From Leucoraja erinacea (taxonomy: Eukaryota), in contig NC_073388.1 of assembly GCF_028641065.1 (NCBI RefSeq), positions 36,518,001 to 36,582,000 on the forward strand: 64,000 nucleotides of DNA. The letters are read 5' to 3'. Position 1 is the stretch's first letter. Every line of letters starts with the position of its first letter. A program made the position numbers and the translations under genes. The notes under the pieces were generated by a model, which saw nothing but the letters and a program-made list of their open reading frames with translations, was not told the origin of the DNA and searched no databases. Positions 25,501-38,636 of the stretch are shown here, piece by piece.

Positions 25501-26003
25501 ACATTCCAGTCTAACTTTTATCTTTCCCGGTGACATTTTTAAAACTTAGAGGCATAAGTTTAATGTTTCTGAAATTTCATCCACTAATTTCACTTGCCTG
25601 GCTGTATTCCCCAAAATTTGATCCAGTATTTCCCCTTCTCTATTAGGGCCATCTATGGCTCAGAGAGCTGCAGGGGATGCATTTTACAAATATTTCCCTA
25701 CTCAGCCTTAAACACCATAAAACGTCCAGTTCACATCAGTGATCTGAAATTCCCTATGATTATTTCCATATCTCTGTACGTATAAAATTCTGATCTTGGA
25801 TGTGTATTGATTTGTGTGATGTTCTGTGCGTTTCACATCTCCTCGAAAACACGACACGCTAATGGTGGAATTTTTTCCATATCCCGATAGAGATTTATGC
25901 CGTGATGTCAAAAATCGCCTGATCTGAAAATTTCATGCATTATTTCACAGGTTATTTATGAAATTCTTCAAAAATTTCAAATAACTTTGAAAATAAACGA
26001 GAT

Positions 26004-26527
26004 ACATAGAAACATAGAAAATAGTTGCAGGAGTTGCATCGCCATTCAATATGATCATGGCTGATCATCCAACTCAGTATCCTGTACCTGCCTTCTCTCC
26101 ATACCCCCTGATCCCTTTAGCCACAAGGGCCACATCTAACTCCCTCTTAAATATAGCCAATGAACTGGCCTCAACTACTTTCTGTGGCAGAGAATTCCAG
26201 AGATTCACCACTCTCTGTGTGAAAATTAATTTTCTCATCTCGGTCCTAAAAGATTTCCCCCTTATCCTTAAGCTGTGACCCCTTCTCCTGGACTTCCCCA
26301 ACATCGGGAACAATCTTCCTGCATCTAGCCTGCCCAACCCCTTAAGAATTTTGTAAGTTTCTATAAGACCCCCCCTCAATCTTCTAAATTCTAGCGTGTA
26401 CAAGTTGAGTCTATCCAGTTTTTCTTCATATGAAAGTCCTGTCATCCCAGGAATCAGTCTGGTGAACCTTCTCTGTACGCCCTCTATGGCAAGAACTTCT
26501 TTCCTCAGATTAGGAGACCAAAACTGT
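26004..26527 (-). mobile_element. Young CR1 3' fragment with 7-bp TSD
   Basis: ORF 26074-26556 is a CR1 C-terminus. TSD acgagat at 25997-26003 and 26528-26534. Confidence 0.92.
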
Positions 26528-27091
26528 ACGAGATGGTCTTGCTGATGACATCGCAATGGATCTGCCTGCCTCTGATCACGTTGCGAGTGACGTCACCCCT
26601 GTTCTGTCTTTTGTACTTCTTGGCTTCTTAACTTTCACTTCTTTAAATTTGTCACTTAGCGTTTTTAAACTGCTGCTCAGGACGTGCAGCTCCGCTGAGC
26701 TCCTTGAAGATCTCGAACATGGCGGCGGCAGTTGTTATTGCCGCGCTGGCACGGGGCAATACAGTGGGAAGGTGGTTGTAGCGGCCATTATCCCTCTTGG
26801 AGAGGCCGTCTATGTAGACCTGCAATTCCTCCGTCGATCGCAGAGACGGCGAATCATGACGCCTTTTCCTCACTGGCGATCCCAATCCCACTTGCCGATC
26901 TCTGGCCATCATGGGAGACGGCCTCCTCTCTGTTTCCCCCACCGATCGTCTGTCACGCGGGTGGGTGGGCTTCCCATGATTGGCCAGCCCTCCGCTGATG
27001 TTGACCGTCCTCAGATCGCGCCTGCCCGCGGCCTCCCTAGAGTCTCTGCCGCCCGCTCGCCGTGGCCCCCACAGCCCACTCGCCTGCCCAG

Positions 27092-27410
27092 CTCCCCTCC
27101 TCCTCTCCCCCCCCCCACCTCCTCTCCCCCCTCCTCCTCCTCTCACTCCCTCCTCTCACTCCCCCTCCTCTCTACCACTTCCTCTCTCCCCTCCACCTTC
27201 CACCCCTCTCGCCCTCCTCTCCACCCCTCTACCCCCCCTCTTTGCCCCCTCCTCTCTCTCCCCCCCCCCCCCCATTCCCCCTCTCTCCCCCCCTCCTCTC
27301 TCTCCCCGTCCCCCTCCCCACCTCTGCCCTCCCCCCCACCTCCACCCTCCCCTTCTCTCCCCTCCATCTCTCCCTCCCTTCCCTTCCCTTTACCCCCACC
27401 GCCCCCTCCC
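27092..27410. repeat. C/T-rich homopyrimidine low-complexity tract
   Basis: Almost purely C/T for about 320 bp. Confidence 0.9.
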
Positions 27411-28650
27411 ATGACTATCTATATGGCTTTATTGGAAGATTCTTGTGGGTTATTCCCCCACTTTATTGCATTACTGATTCCTTGATTAATTTTGAAAAAT
27501 ACACCTCAGATCTTTCACACCTTCATTGTCCAACTGTTCCCCTGCCCACCCATCTCATTGAAGATTCTATATCCTAGAATGTTGGCCTGCCAGTCCTACC
27601 CATCTTTGAACCAAGTCACTATGATAGAAACAATATTTCATTCATATTTGATAATCGCTGTCCTCAGTTCATCTGCCCTGCCTGATCCCTGTGTCACAAT
27701 AGATGCAAACCAGCTTTGCATTTTCCCCATATACCTGGAAACTTAGTTTTTCAGTTCTCACACCCTACTGTCTTCCATTCTCCCACTTTATGCAGGTCAC
27801 ATCCAAAACATTCACTGTGATTCAGAAACCAAAAACTGTCCCCCCATGTACATCATTTCAGCGACACATTCATATGACCTATCCTCCAATTCCAGTATTT
27901 CTTATCCCTGAAGTAATCGGCTCCTTATCATTTACTTATCGTGTATCTACATCAAGCACAACTTCCAATCATTTGCCCTGCGTAGCAACCTAACTGTTAT
28001 ATCCTGGGATCAACATGCACCCTGCACTCGTGTCACTTCAGTACCAGTCCTTTCCTTCATTGTAGTCACCCATCATTCTGGCCGCTGAGCTCTGCCCCTC
28101 TATTAATGCATATTCACATGCAATGCAATGCTGAGAACTGGAGGATGAACTATATCTCAAACTCAATATACATATTAGTTTCTAGAAAAGCATGTTCAGT
28201 CACGCTCTTTTGGAAGTGTTGTAAAAAGGCAGCTAAGAAGGAATGTTTTTAACACCAATCTTTGATTTTACTGATGTCAGGAAGCTTGTCCGATTACAAG
28301 GAGCAGTTCGCTAACGATTCAACTAAACCTATCGGATTGGTAAAATGAGAGAAAATGCATGTAAGAAATACTATATTATTTACATTCGAACGCGGTGATT
28401 ACGCTTTAAAATATTATCATGATTCTAGACAGCATTTTATAGATATTATCGCATGATTCAAGAAGTCCAAGTGCAGTTTGTGTGGCTATTATTGTTTCTA
28501 TGTTACATTTAAAGAAGGAGAACAAATTTCAAGAATCAAAAGGCTTCAAGGAGAATGGAAAAAGTAAGATAATATATTACTGGGATAAATTATAATGCAT
28601 TAACTTATGGAGCACGCTGAATGATGAAAATGGGCCTGTAATTACTGTAA

Positions 28651-28987
28651 TGGGCCTGTTCCACTTACTCGACTTTTTAAGCGACTGCCGGCACCCTTCA
28701 TAGGTCATCGCAGGTTGCCGAAAATTTTCAACGTTGAAAATCCAGCGGCGACCAGCACAAGGTACGACTCTTTGGGTGACTACTCATGACCATATAGGGT
28801 TCACTCCGCGACATGTCACCAGGGTGTTGCCTGCACGGCCGTGACTAGTCTCCTCAGTCGCCCAAAGAGTCATAGCGTCTTTCTGGTCACCACTGGATTT
28901 TCAACGTTGAAAATTTTCGGCGACCTGCAACGTCCTATGACGGGTGCCGGCAGTCGCTTAAAAAGCCGAGTAAGTGGGACAGGCCCA
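28651..28987. mobile_element. Harbinger-type MITE with long inverted arms
   Basis: tgggcctgttccactta...taagtgggacaggccca, flanked by taa and tta. Confidence 0.85.
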
Positions 28988-29618
28988 TTACAGTACTTGA
29001 CTCAAATTACTATTGCTTACTATATTGAGTTTAGGAAAACACATTGAAGCTAAGTGCTACAGTTGACACATTTTGTTACTCTAAACTGGCATTGACGATG
29101 CATGTTTTTCCAACAATCTTCTTTATTGTTTGTGATTATGTACACAGTAAAAGGCTTAAACATAAATGTACAAGGGCTGGTTAATACGTTTGCAGATGAC
29201 ACTAAACTTGATGGATTTTTAGACGGTGAGCAAGGCTGTCAGAGTATACAGCCTCTTGAAAGTTCAGCTCCTGAAATGAGCAGAGCAATGACAGATCGAC
29301 TTTAATCCAAGCAAGTGTGAGATGTTACTCTTTGGGAGATTGAATATAAGGGGAAAATATACAGTTAATGACAAGACCCTAAACAGTAGGTACAGAGGGA
29401 TCTTGGGGTCCAAGTCAATAAATCCTGCAAGTGATAAGACAAGTAGACAGACTAATATAGCAGACAGACAAACACAAAATGCTAGAGGTAATGCTGCAGC
29501 ATTTTGGATGTTCCTTATCATGCCAATAAATAGATTTACCACTGAGTACATTTGATAACTGAAAAACTTCAGGAAGCCTTGAGCCTTTTCCATTTCATTC
29601 TCATTGTTGTAACTACTT

Positions 29619-30272
29619 AAACCCCTGCTCACGTGCGAGTCCACCCACGATTGATCCCGAGTTTAAAACAAATCAAACTCATGGTAATCACGTAGAATTA
29701 ACGTAGCGGGAACGTCGGAACTCGTAACGCTAACGGCAGGTACTCGCGAAACTTGTTAACTCGTGAAAATCTTTCAACATTATGAAAGATTTCCACGAGT
29801 CAATTTTACTCTTGAAGTAAAAATTTGAAACTTTGTTTTATACTTTGTAAAATTTTAAACTCGTTGTAAGAACGCAGTAGCCCGTGAGTTTACTGTAGTG
29901 ACTTGTGAGTCTACCGTGGGCATTCTTTATCTCAGCGGGACAGGCAGCATCTCTGGAGAGAAGGAATGGGTGACGGGATGACGTTTCCAAAATTCTGCTG
30001 CGTCTTTGTGTTACTCCAGCACCGTGTGTTCACTTTTTGTCAACCAGCATCTGCCCTTTCTTGTGTATGACATTATTTGTATCCATGGCAGTTGATTGTC
30101 GCTCCCTTCAGTTTCCCAGTTTCACGAGTTAACAAGTTTCCCGAGTACTTGACGTTAGCGTTACGAGTTCCGACGTTCCCGCTACATTAATTCTACGTGA
30201 TTACCACAAGATTGATTTGTTTTAAACTCGGGATCACTCGTGGGTGGACTCGCACCGTGAGACAAGGGTTTT
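29619..30272. mobile_element. MITE with about 150-bp inverted arms and internal Penelope-derived cargo
   Basis: 29619-29765 is the reverse complement of about 30122-30272. 29930-30065 is pLTR-like. Confidence 0.8.
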
Positions 30273-30343
30273 AGTCTTGAGTAGCAGTTATATGCTGATC
30301 ATGCAAGGAAAGACAGGTGTTTTTGTTTGTTCACAGTTCTTAT

Positions 30344-31561
30344 CAGGGCTGGATGTGCGTATAAGCTAGACAATCTTAAGCTTAGGGCCTGGAGATCTAA
30401 GGGGGCCTACTCGCCTTGCTGCTTCACTGGACCCGTCTGACCTCACCGCCACACCGACCATCCGCCCAACGGGACCTCCTACTCTTTGCCTGCTGACCCT
30501 GGCCACTCCACCGCCCTCCAGCAACCTGCAGGCGTCGCCTTACCTACAGCCTGGACTCAGCACCGGGCCTGATGTTTCCATGCAGCAGACTCCCACTCCC
30601 CCGGGTTTGACTGCGCTGGGTCCTAGTGCTAGTCCCCCAACCCTGGTAATCTCAGTGGCTGTTCCACTGGGTCTTCCCCATTCCCCTCAAACCATGTGAC
30701 TCCAGCTCTTCCCCACCCACACTACAGTCCTCATACCCCTCTACCCCCTGACCACCCACCACCCCTTCACCAGACATCATCTTGGCCTCAGTCCACTCAC
30801 CTGCCTTCCTCCGGCCCAACCCCCATCCCTGCCGTGTGTTCACCATCCCCAACTGACCTCCCCCTGTCAGATACCAAACGGTTTGTCCTCAGCAGTGGTC
30901 TCACCTTGGTCCCCCTCCGTCCCCACCTCAATGAGTTCCACGCCCACTGCGATATGGAGCTCTTCTTCCGTCGCCTCTGTTCTTCCATGGGAAGGAGTCC
31001 TTGCCCCCATTGATGATCCCTTTTCCCGTCTCCAACAGACCCCATCCTCTTGGACTCCCCCTCATGGCCATTGGTACAATAACATTTGGGGGTCACCATC
31101 CGCCGTCGGAACGGGAGAACATTCTCAGCGGTTTGGACTTCCGAATCGGCCACTTCCTACCGGAGACCGCGGCTCCCGAAGTCCACAGGCTGCGCTGGGT
31201 GGAGATTCACGCTGGCGGCCCTTGGCAAAGGGTTCCCAGGGCTCCGCGATATTAAAATCAGCGCAGCCAGAGGCTGGGAGCTCCGCAAACCACAGCTCCA
31301 TGATGTTGAAGCAGCAAGCCCAACACTCCAGAGCTTCAAACGGCGATCCAGGTAAAGCATTGCTCGCTCCACGGTGAATCCAATATGTATTTTAAAACCA
31401 ACTGTTTAATGACAACATACAGTAGGATCTAAAAGTGTCACACTGTCACTGTCGGGTAGTCATTGTCCTCCAGTCCTTGGGGGTGGAGGATTGGGGGGAT
31501 GGGGGGGGGGGCCTCACAAGTGAAATAGCTTAGGGCCTCTCTTCATCTAAATCCGGCCCTG
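30344..31561. mobile_element. Non-autonomous hAT element containing a Penelope ORF fragment
   Basis: TIRs cagggctggat / atccggccctg, with a perfect 8-bp TSD gttcttat (30336-30343, 31562-31569). Internal + strand DLPLSDTKRFVLSSGLTLVPLRPHLNEF...DMELFFRRL. Confidence 0.85.
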
Positions 31562-33156
31562 GTTCTTATCTGTTTTTTGAGGTTTTTTCAGATGCCATTT
31601 TGAGAGATTTGAACCCAATGAGATGCATATGATTAAATGTATCATAAAGAGGCAATCGCACTTGGACGTCCCATGTAACTATTGTTTGAAAGTCACCTTG
31701 GATACTTCCAGCTATTGTCTGGTTTAGTGGCCAAAAGCCCTGATGACGATGAATGATTGTTCTACAGAAGGTTGATTTTACAATACTATTAGATGGTGTA
31801 TTGTTGGTTGAAAATTCACATACCCCTTTATGATTGATAGCTGCATTCCACCCCTGCACAGTGCAGATTAAAGCTGATACAACTGGATACATTTCTAGCT
31901 ATGTACCATAACATATGATCACTCCCTCATTATAACAGTAATGTGGGAACTGCAAAAGACTTAATGGAAGAGTTCACACTTTCTTGAATATTGATTTAAT
32001 TCATTAGGAGTTTCCAATCAGGTAATTTGTGTTGCTGACTTGAAAGTAGTTTAAAGTAAACTTCAAAATGTCGAGTTTTTTCCCCCTCGAAAATACATGG
32101 TATAATTAACTAATTTCAATTACTGTCAATGTTAATAGTTTATCAGGTGCTTTCATTTTCTCGTTAATTCCTCACATTATTCTCTTTTCAACGCCATGCA
32201 GCTGTACAGCATGGAAACAGGTCCTTGGGCACAACTCATTCTTAACAGACCTAAAAGGCAATTTACTAATGATGTGGGTGGTGGTTATATGAAACAAACT
32301 GCCAGATGGAATTATAGAGGTGCACACAATGGCGCAGTTTAAAAGACATTTAGATAGCTACGTGGACTGGAAATGTTCAGAGGGAAATGTTATAAAGTCA
32401 GGCATATGCAACTGGCTCAGTTATAAAACATGCTCAGCAAGGATGAGTTGTGCCCTCATTACCTTTGCTTCCATTACCTTCTCCTCAGTAAATAGGTGAG
32501 AAGTATTAATTTAACGCCCAGTCAACCTCCTGTGGTTTAACAGACTGACGACATTGTGGCCTATTCTCTCTCGTTACACTGTGGCTCTTAATATATCTCT
32601 ATTTAGAATGGAAGTTCTTAGAATTTTCCTTTATCTTGCCTGCCAGAAACATCTCTTCCCCTTAATGTGCCTTTAGTTCCTCACAAAGACTAATATACTG
32701 AAAGTTAGTTTTAGACGTTTGCATGGATTAACCATTATCTAAAAGGAACCGATAAATTGAATCACTGGATCAGAGAATAGTTACAGCATGGACGGAGGCC
32801 ATTAATCCATCTAATCCATACTAACCCTGTGCAAAGGTCATCCAGCTAATCCTGCACATTTAGCTGTATAAATATATTAAAGGAAACTAGTTTGCAGAGT
32901 TATGAAGAGAGGGTAATAGACTGGGATTAGCGGGATTACCTTTGCACAAAAACCAGCATGCGTTAGATGAGTTAAATGGTCTTCTTCCATGCTGTATCCT
33001 TTCGATGATCATATGATTCAATTTATGGGTCATTTTAGAAGCTGGCATGGACTAATTGTTATCCAGTCAGTTCAGCGAAAGAGAGGGCATGTCAAAAAGA
33101 AGAGATGAAAACTTGTACCATTTGCACGGGCCGACTACATGGGCCCAGTATCCCTC

Positions 33157-33190
33157 AGTCTGAAGAAGGGTCCGGACCGGAAATGTCACC
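33157..33190 (+). ncRNA. Degenerate minimal hammerhead motif in a Penelope pLTR fragment
   Basis: agt-CTGAAGA-A-GGGTCCGGACCG-GAAA-TGTC-acc, with a mismatch at the base of stem II. Confidence 0.5.
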
Positions 33191-34534
33191 AATTTTTCTC
33201 CAGCGATGCTGCCTGACTCGCTGAGTTACTCCAGCAATTTGTGTCTATCTTTGATATAATCCAGGATCTGCAGTTCCTTATTTCTACCATCCCTTGGCTT
33301 TTGTTCCCCTGATCATAAACATAAGTATATCAAATAGTCAATTTCCAAAATGTTTGCCACTAATTTCATCTGATCCATTGGCATTATGTTTATTTTATTC
33401 CAACTGAGGTTTGGCACAGATAATTCAACGAATCTCCGTCAGTTAAACAACAAATGCCTTAGTTCAGTTCCAAGAAATTTAAATTTGAGAAACACGCAGT
33501 TCTCGGAAAAACTCTTAGCATGGCAGCTCTCCAATTATAATTGCTAAAATTTCAATTAAAAAGACATGGTTCATTAAGTCAAGTAACAAGAAAAAAAATA
33601 CTACCATTGCATTGAACAGCAGTGGTTTGTACATCAATGCATTAAAGTTCTTAAAAGTAAACACACATATACTGGAACAATTTAAAAGTACCAAATCTAT
33701 GCAAATTACCCATCTACATAAATCAATTATGCCATTAGGTTTATGAAATTTATGAAATGATATAATTGACTAATAATTTACAACACCCACAAATGCATAC
33801 ATTTAGATATATAGCTAAATTTTATATTTCCCCAGTTTCTCGTGTTTGAACACATTTTGACCAATAATTTAGGCTTAACATCGTTATGGTATTCACTGCA
33901 GGTACTGAGAATTCCCATTGATCACTCCAAATAGGTTTCATACACAACTAATCTCTCATCCTGTACAATACTTACCTCAACACAACATAAAAGAACACAA
34001 GGTGCTGGAGTAGCTCATCAGGTCGGGCAGCATCTCTGGCGAACATGAATATGGGACGTTTTAGGTCGAGACCCTTCTTCAGACCTGAATAAAGTCCTGG
34101 CCTGTCCAGCCTCTCCCTATAGCTCAGGCTCTCGAGTCCTTGCAAAATAATGTCCCAACTCCTACATTCAGTTTCTAGACTGATGAAGGCCAATTTGCCA
34201 AAAATATTTTTCACCACCCTACCTACACATGATGCCATATTCAGGGAACTATGTACTGTAACACTCTACAGCACTCCCCAGTGCTCCACCGTCCACCGTG
34301 AAGGTTCTGGATGTCACGGATGTTACTGTGACTGGAGGGCTTCAGTTGTAGGGAGAGGCTGGATAGGTTGGGACTGTTTTCCTTAGACTATAAGACCAGA
34401 GGGGGAGGGAGAGGAGGCCTTAGGTAAATATATAGCTCCACGTCTCTATGATTCTATGAGTTCAAAGTAAGTTCATCAATGAGTCATGTCCTCTGTTCCA
34501 ACACCAGCAACAATACAGACAAAGTTGTGCTTCT

Positions 34535-34813
34535 TTTTAGTTTAGTTTGCTTTAGAGATACCGCACGTAAACAGGCCCTTCGACCCACCAGGTCCACACT
34601 GGCCAACAATTACTCCGCACACTAGCACCATCCTACACACTAGGGACAATTTAAAATTCATCTACAACCCGCGCGTCTTTGGGATGTGGAGGAAACCCAC
34701 ACGGTCACAGGGAAACATGCAAACTCCATACAGACAGCATCCTGGATATGGATCGAAGTCGGGTCTCTGGTGCTGTAAGGCAGCAACTCTACCACTACGC
34801 CACTATGCCACCC
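34535..34813 (-). mobile_element. HE1-like V-SINE
   Basis: tRNA-like head, V core and (ctaaa)n tail on the minus strand. Confidence 0.85.
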
Positions 34814-35252
34814 ATCTGCACCACTGTGCCATCCATCGCCCTTTGCTCTGCTATGCCTTTGCTTTCAGGAACATTTCCACTTGTTCGCACTCAGACCAAT
34901 TGACTAACACCTCTCACATTTCTCAAGTTCATCGGTATACCTGCCAGATCCAGTACTTGTTATCATTACCGCTATACCTAAAGAATGCCCCGTCTCTAAT
35001 AGAGCTGTGCATGATTATTGCCACAATACTCACATCAAAGTGGTAAGCAGCAACCTCACACCTTGATCATAATGTAAAATCTGCAGGTTCTTTAGTCTAG
35101 TTGTTCACAAAGCAAATGACTGGGCTACAGCTACCAACTAAAACCTTTTATTGAAGGTAGTCACTACTAAACTAACTGTTGTGTATAAACTACCTATATT
35201 CCTTCCTTTGGCTTCACAAATTACATTTCTTCCATCCTTATCTCTTTATTTC

Positions 35253-35253
<1 letters not shown>

Positions 35254-35317
<64 letters not shown>
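35254..35317. repeat. Poly-C homopolymer (64 bp)
   Basis: Read directly from the sequence. Confidence 0.95.
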
Positions 35318-35320
<3 letters not shown>

Positions 35321-35408
35321 CCACCTCCTCCTACCACTGCTCCACAATCAGTAAGAGGAAGGGTGCAGACTCGAAATGTCACCTATCATAAAGATATTAT
35401 AAAGATAT

Positions 35409-35440
35409 GTGACATTTCGGTTGAGACCTTTCTTCAGACT
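35409..35440 (-). ncRNA. Minimal hammerhead motif in a Penelope-derived repeat
   Basis: Minus strand AGU-CUGAAGA-A-AGGUCUCAACC-GAAA-UGUC-AC. Confidence 0.5.
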
Positions 35441-36684
35441 GTCACATCCCCATGTTCTCCAGAGATGCTGCCTGACCTGTTGTTTTACTTCAGGACTTTG
35501 TGTCCTTTTGTGTATCAACCAGCATCTGCAGTTCCTTGTTTCTACAATTTTACATATTGTCTGGTACTTTCCAGTGTTACTTCTGCAGTGTTTGGCTCCA
35601 TTATAGCTAGGATTTATGTGGTCCCAAATCACTTCTGGTTTCAGCCATTTGTTGACATCATATGGAATTCAATTCAATTGGCATGGTGTTGGTTTCTGTG
35701 ACGTTGAGGATGTACGGAGGAAGCTGGGCTAGATCATCCAGTCACTTCTGGTTGAACATGGTTGTTAATGCCTCAAACTTCCCTCTTGTCATTGCTGAGG
35801 ATGGAATGCTGCTCCCATTAACTGTTTAATTGTCTATCACCAGATAGTCACAGATTCATATGGCACAGAAAGAGCCTCTCTGGCCCAACTTATCTACACT
35901 GACCAAGATGCATCATCTAAACTAGTCCCATTTGCCCTTGTTTGGGGCATATGCCGCCAAACCTTTCCTATATATGTACCTGCCTCAATGTTTTTTAAAA
36001 GTAGCTAATGTCTCTGCCTTAACTAATTCCTCAGGCAGCTCACTCCATATCAATCTGTGTGGAAAAGTCACCCCTCAGATTCCTATTCAATCTTTTCCCT
36101 CCCACCTTCAACCTAAGCCCTCTAATTCTTAATTCAACACCCTTGGGGGAAAAAGGCTCGGCATTCACCCTATCTGTTCTTCTCATTACTTTATACACAT
36201 CTATAGGAAATGCTGCAGAAAGGATTTCCCTTTAAGAAACCATCAGAGCTATTGTAAGAACTCACTTGTTGCTATGGCTGCTTTTGACCTTTGCAACCTT
36301 TGTACTCCGCCATTTCTGGTACATCAGTTCCAGGAAAGCTAAATAGTGCAAGCCACATAGACCTTGGACTCAAGATATACATTCCTTTCATTACCAGTTA
36401 ATCGTCACATTCTGCACATAGTCATTGTTAGAAAATATTATGCTAAGGTAAAAGATAAAAAGATATAGTGATTAATTGATTGCAAAACATTGACTATGTA
36501 GAAAAATAACATATTTGGCCACAAAGTAAAGCAAAGGCATTGGTTTATGCTGCCGACAAATTCCTTGGACCATCTAACACTGACCTGACGTCAGTTGCAT
36601 TTGATGTGGATGATTCACTTGATTTAATGGCCATAACATTGAAATAGATTAAATGCTCAAGTTTGTTAGAAATAATTGGAACCA

Positions 36685-37926
36685 TAACCCTTTATTTAAA
36701 CCATCTCTTATTGAAAAAACATATAACCAATGGGAAAGTTTTGGAATTAAAAGGATCGGGGATATGTATGAAATGGGAAACCTACTATCATTCCAACAAT
36801 TACAATTAAAATTTAAATTGAAAAACAACCAATATTTTAAATATTTTCAGATTTGCGATTTCATGAAAAAATTCATACAAGGATATCAAGAAATAACTCC
36901 TGACTTATTGGAAGAAGCAATGAATATTAAAGCTGACTCACAAAAAATAATATCATATTTATATAATAGTATTTTAAATATAGACCTACCATCGACAGAG
37001 GTACTTAGAGAAGAGTGGGAACGGGAATTAATGATTAAAAACTATGAAGGTTACATGGGAAAAGTACTTCATATGTATTCACAAATGTTCGATTAATGTA
37101 AGACATAATCTAATTCAATTTAAAATTTTACATAGATTATATTATTCAAAAATAAGTTTGAACAAATTCTATCCAAATATATCCCCCATTTGTGATAAAT
37201 GTTTATCCCAAAATGCAACTATAACACACTCTTTTATTTCCTGCATAAAACTTTATAGATTTTGGAGTGATATTTTTGAAATATTTACAAAATTATTTAA
37301 GATAAGAATGGAACTTAATACTGAAATCATTATATTTGGAGTAATGGAAGATGGGAATAAATTGAACTCATCTCAAAATTTATTTTTTAATGATGGTTTA
37401 ATAATAACAAAAAAATGAATACTTAAATTTTGGAAAAATACATCAATACCAATGCTTAAAATGCGGATCACAAACATGTTGGACACCGCACATCTTGAGG
37501 AAATGCGATTCCTCCTAATAGATAAATCAGACCAATTCATAACGAGTTGGTCTCCATTTGTTGTCTTTTTGGAATCATATGGTGCAACACAATTGTAAAA
37601 GCTAACGGTTTCAGGACTGGACGAGGGATGGTCAAGAATATAAACAATGGTCTCCTTACTTCTTTTCTTTATGTCTTATTCTCTTTTTCCTATTTTCTTT
37701 TTTTCAACTTTCTTCATTCACTCTTCTTTTTTCTTCTTCTTCACACACTATATATCTCACGTCTTTCTATCCTTCACTATCTAATTTTTTTTTCTTATTC
37801 TTATTTTTCTTTATTATAACAAAAAAAAAGAAGCTGTGCATAAAATGTATTATGAAAATATATATTAGGCACTTTGGTGCCATATGATTGTACTACTTCT
37901 AATAAAATAAAATATGATTTAAAAAA
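36685..37926 (+). mobile_element. 5'-truncated L1 LINE with poly(A) and 17-bp TSD
   Basis: ORF2 C-terminus (QFKILHRLYY...CDKC...THSFISC..L..FW), then AATAAA and an A tail. TSD agaaataattggaacca at 36668-36684 and 37927-37943. Confidence 0.92.
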
Positions 37927-38636
37927 AGAAATAATTGGAACCAACATCATCCCAGTCAATTGAAGCAATTTAATTCATTCTAATTACTCTTAATTAATTA
38001 CATATACCTTGAATTGTTAATGAGGCAAATGTTCTGGCACTGAAAATTAATTGTGTAAAGCTCCATACCTTATTGAAGGTTATTAAAATGTCATTTTTGG
38101 GCATTTTTTCACCAGTAATTTCACTAACTGGGGCCTTTTGTGGGTGTAATAAAGTAAACACAATAGTTCCCATTGAACTTGACTTTCATATTAAATGATA
38201 AGCATTTCCATTTCTATAGTAATCAATGTTCAGGATTAACATGTTTAAGAAGGAACTACAGATGCTGGAAAATCGAAGGTAGACAAAAATGCTGGAGAAA
38301 CTCATCGGGTGCGACGTGTCTATGGACCATTTTTGTCTACCTTCAGGATTAACTTCCTCAGTATTTAATTGTCTATATTTGTTCACTAACAGTCTTTAAT
38401 GCCGTAATTTAGAAATTGTCATCCTTGCTTTTAAATGACATCGCTGGCCTTTCTCCCTCCATCCAACCTCACCACACTCAATAATCCCTATAGTCAATCA
38501 ATTGTGGACTGTTGCACATTTCTAGATTAAATTCCTCCACCACTGCTATATTAACAATTGCCTGGACCCTAAACTCTTAATCTTTTTTGCCTAAGTCTCT
38601 CCACATGTTTCTCCCTCAAAGTGCTCTTCAGAATAT

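Larger units (their letters stand above)
25709..27412. mobile_element. Unclassified CpG-rich repeat, interrupted by CR1, ending in a polypyrimidine tract
   Basis: Composition shifts relative to the flanks. The sequence is continuous across the CR1 insertion, whose TSD is visible. Confidence 0.4.

Noticed and set aside
26556-27577. Long Pro/Ser-rich ORFs (up to 309 aa)
   Set aside because: They are open only because the C/T low-complexity tract lacks stop codons. No domain or splice support.
31566-31892. 108-aa minus-strand ORF as a gene (for example a neighbouring htr2c exon)
   Set aside because: No recognisable motifs or TM segments, and no supporting exons.
35151-35391. Poly-proline ORFs
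   Set aside because: They are translations of the poly-C homopolymer.
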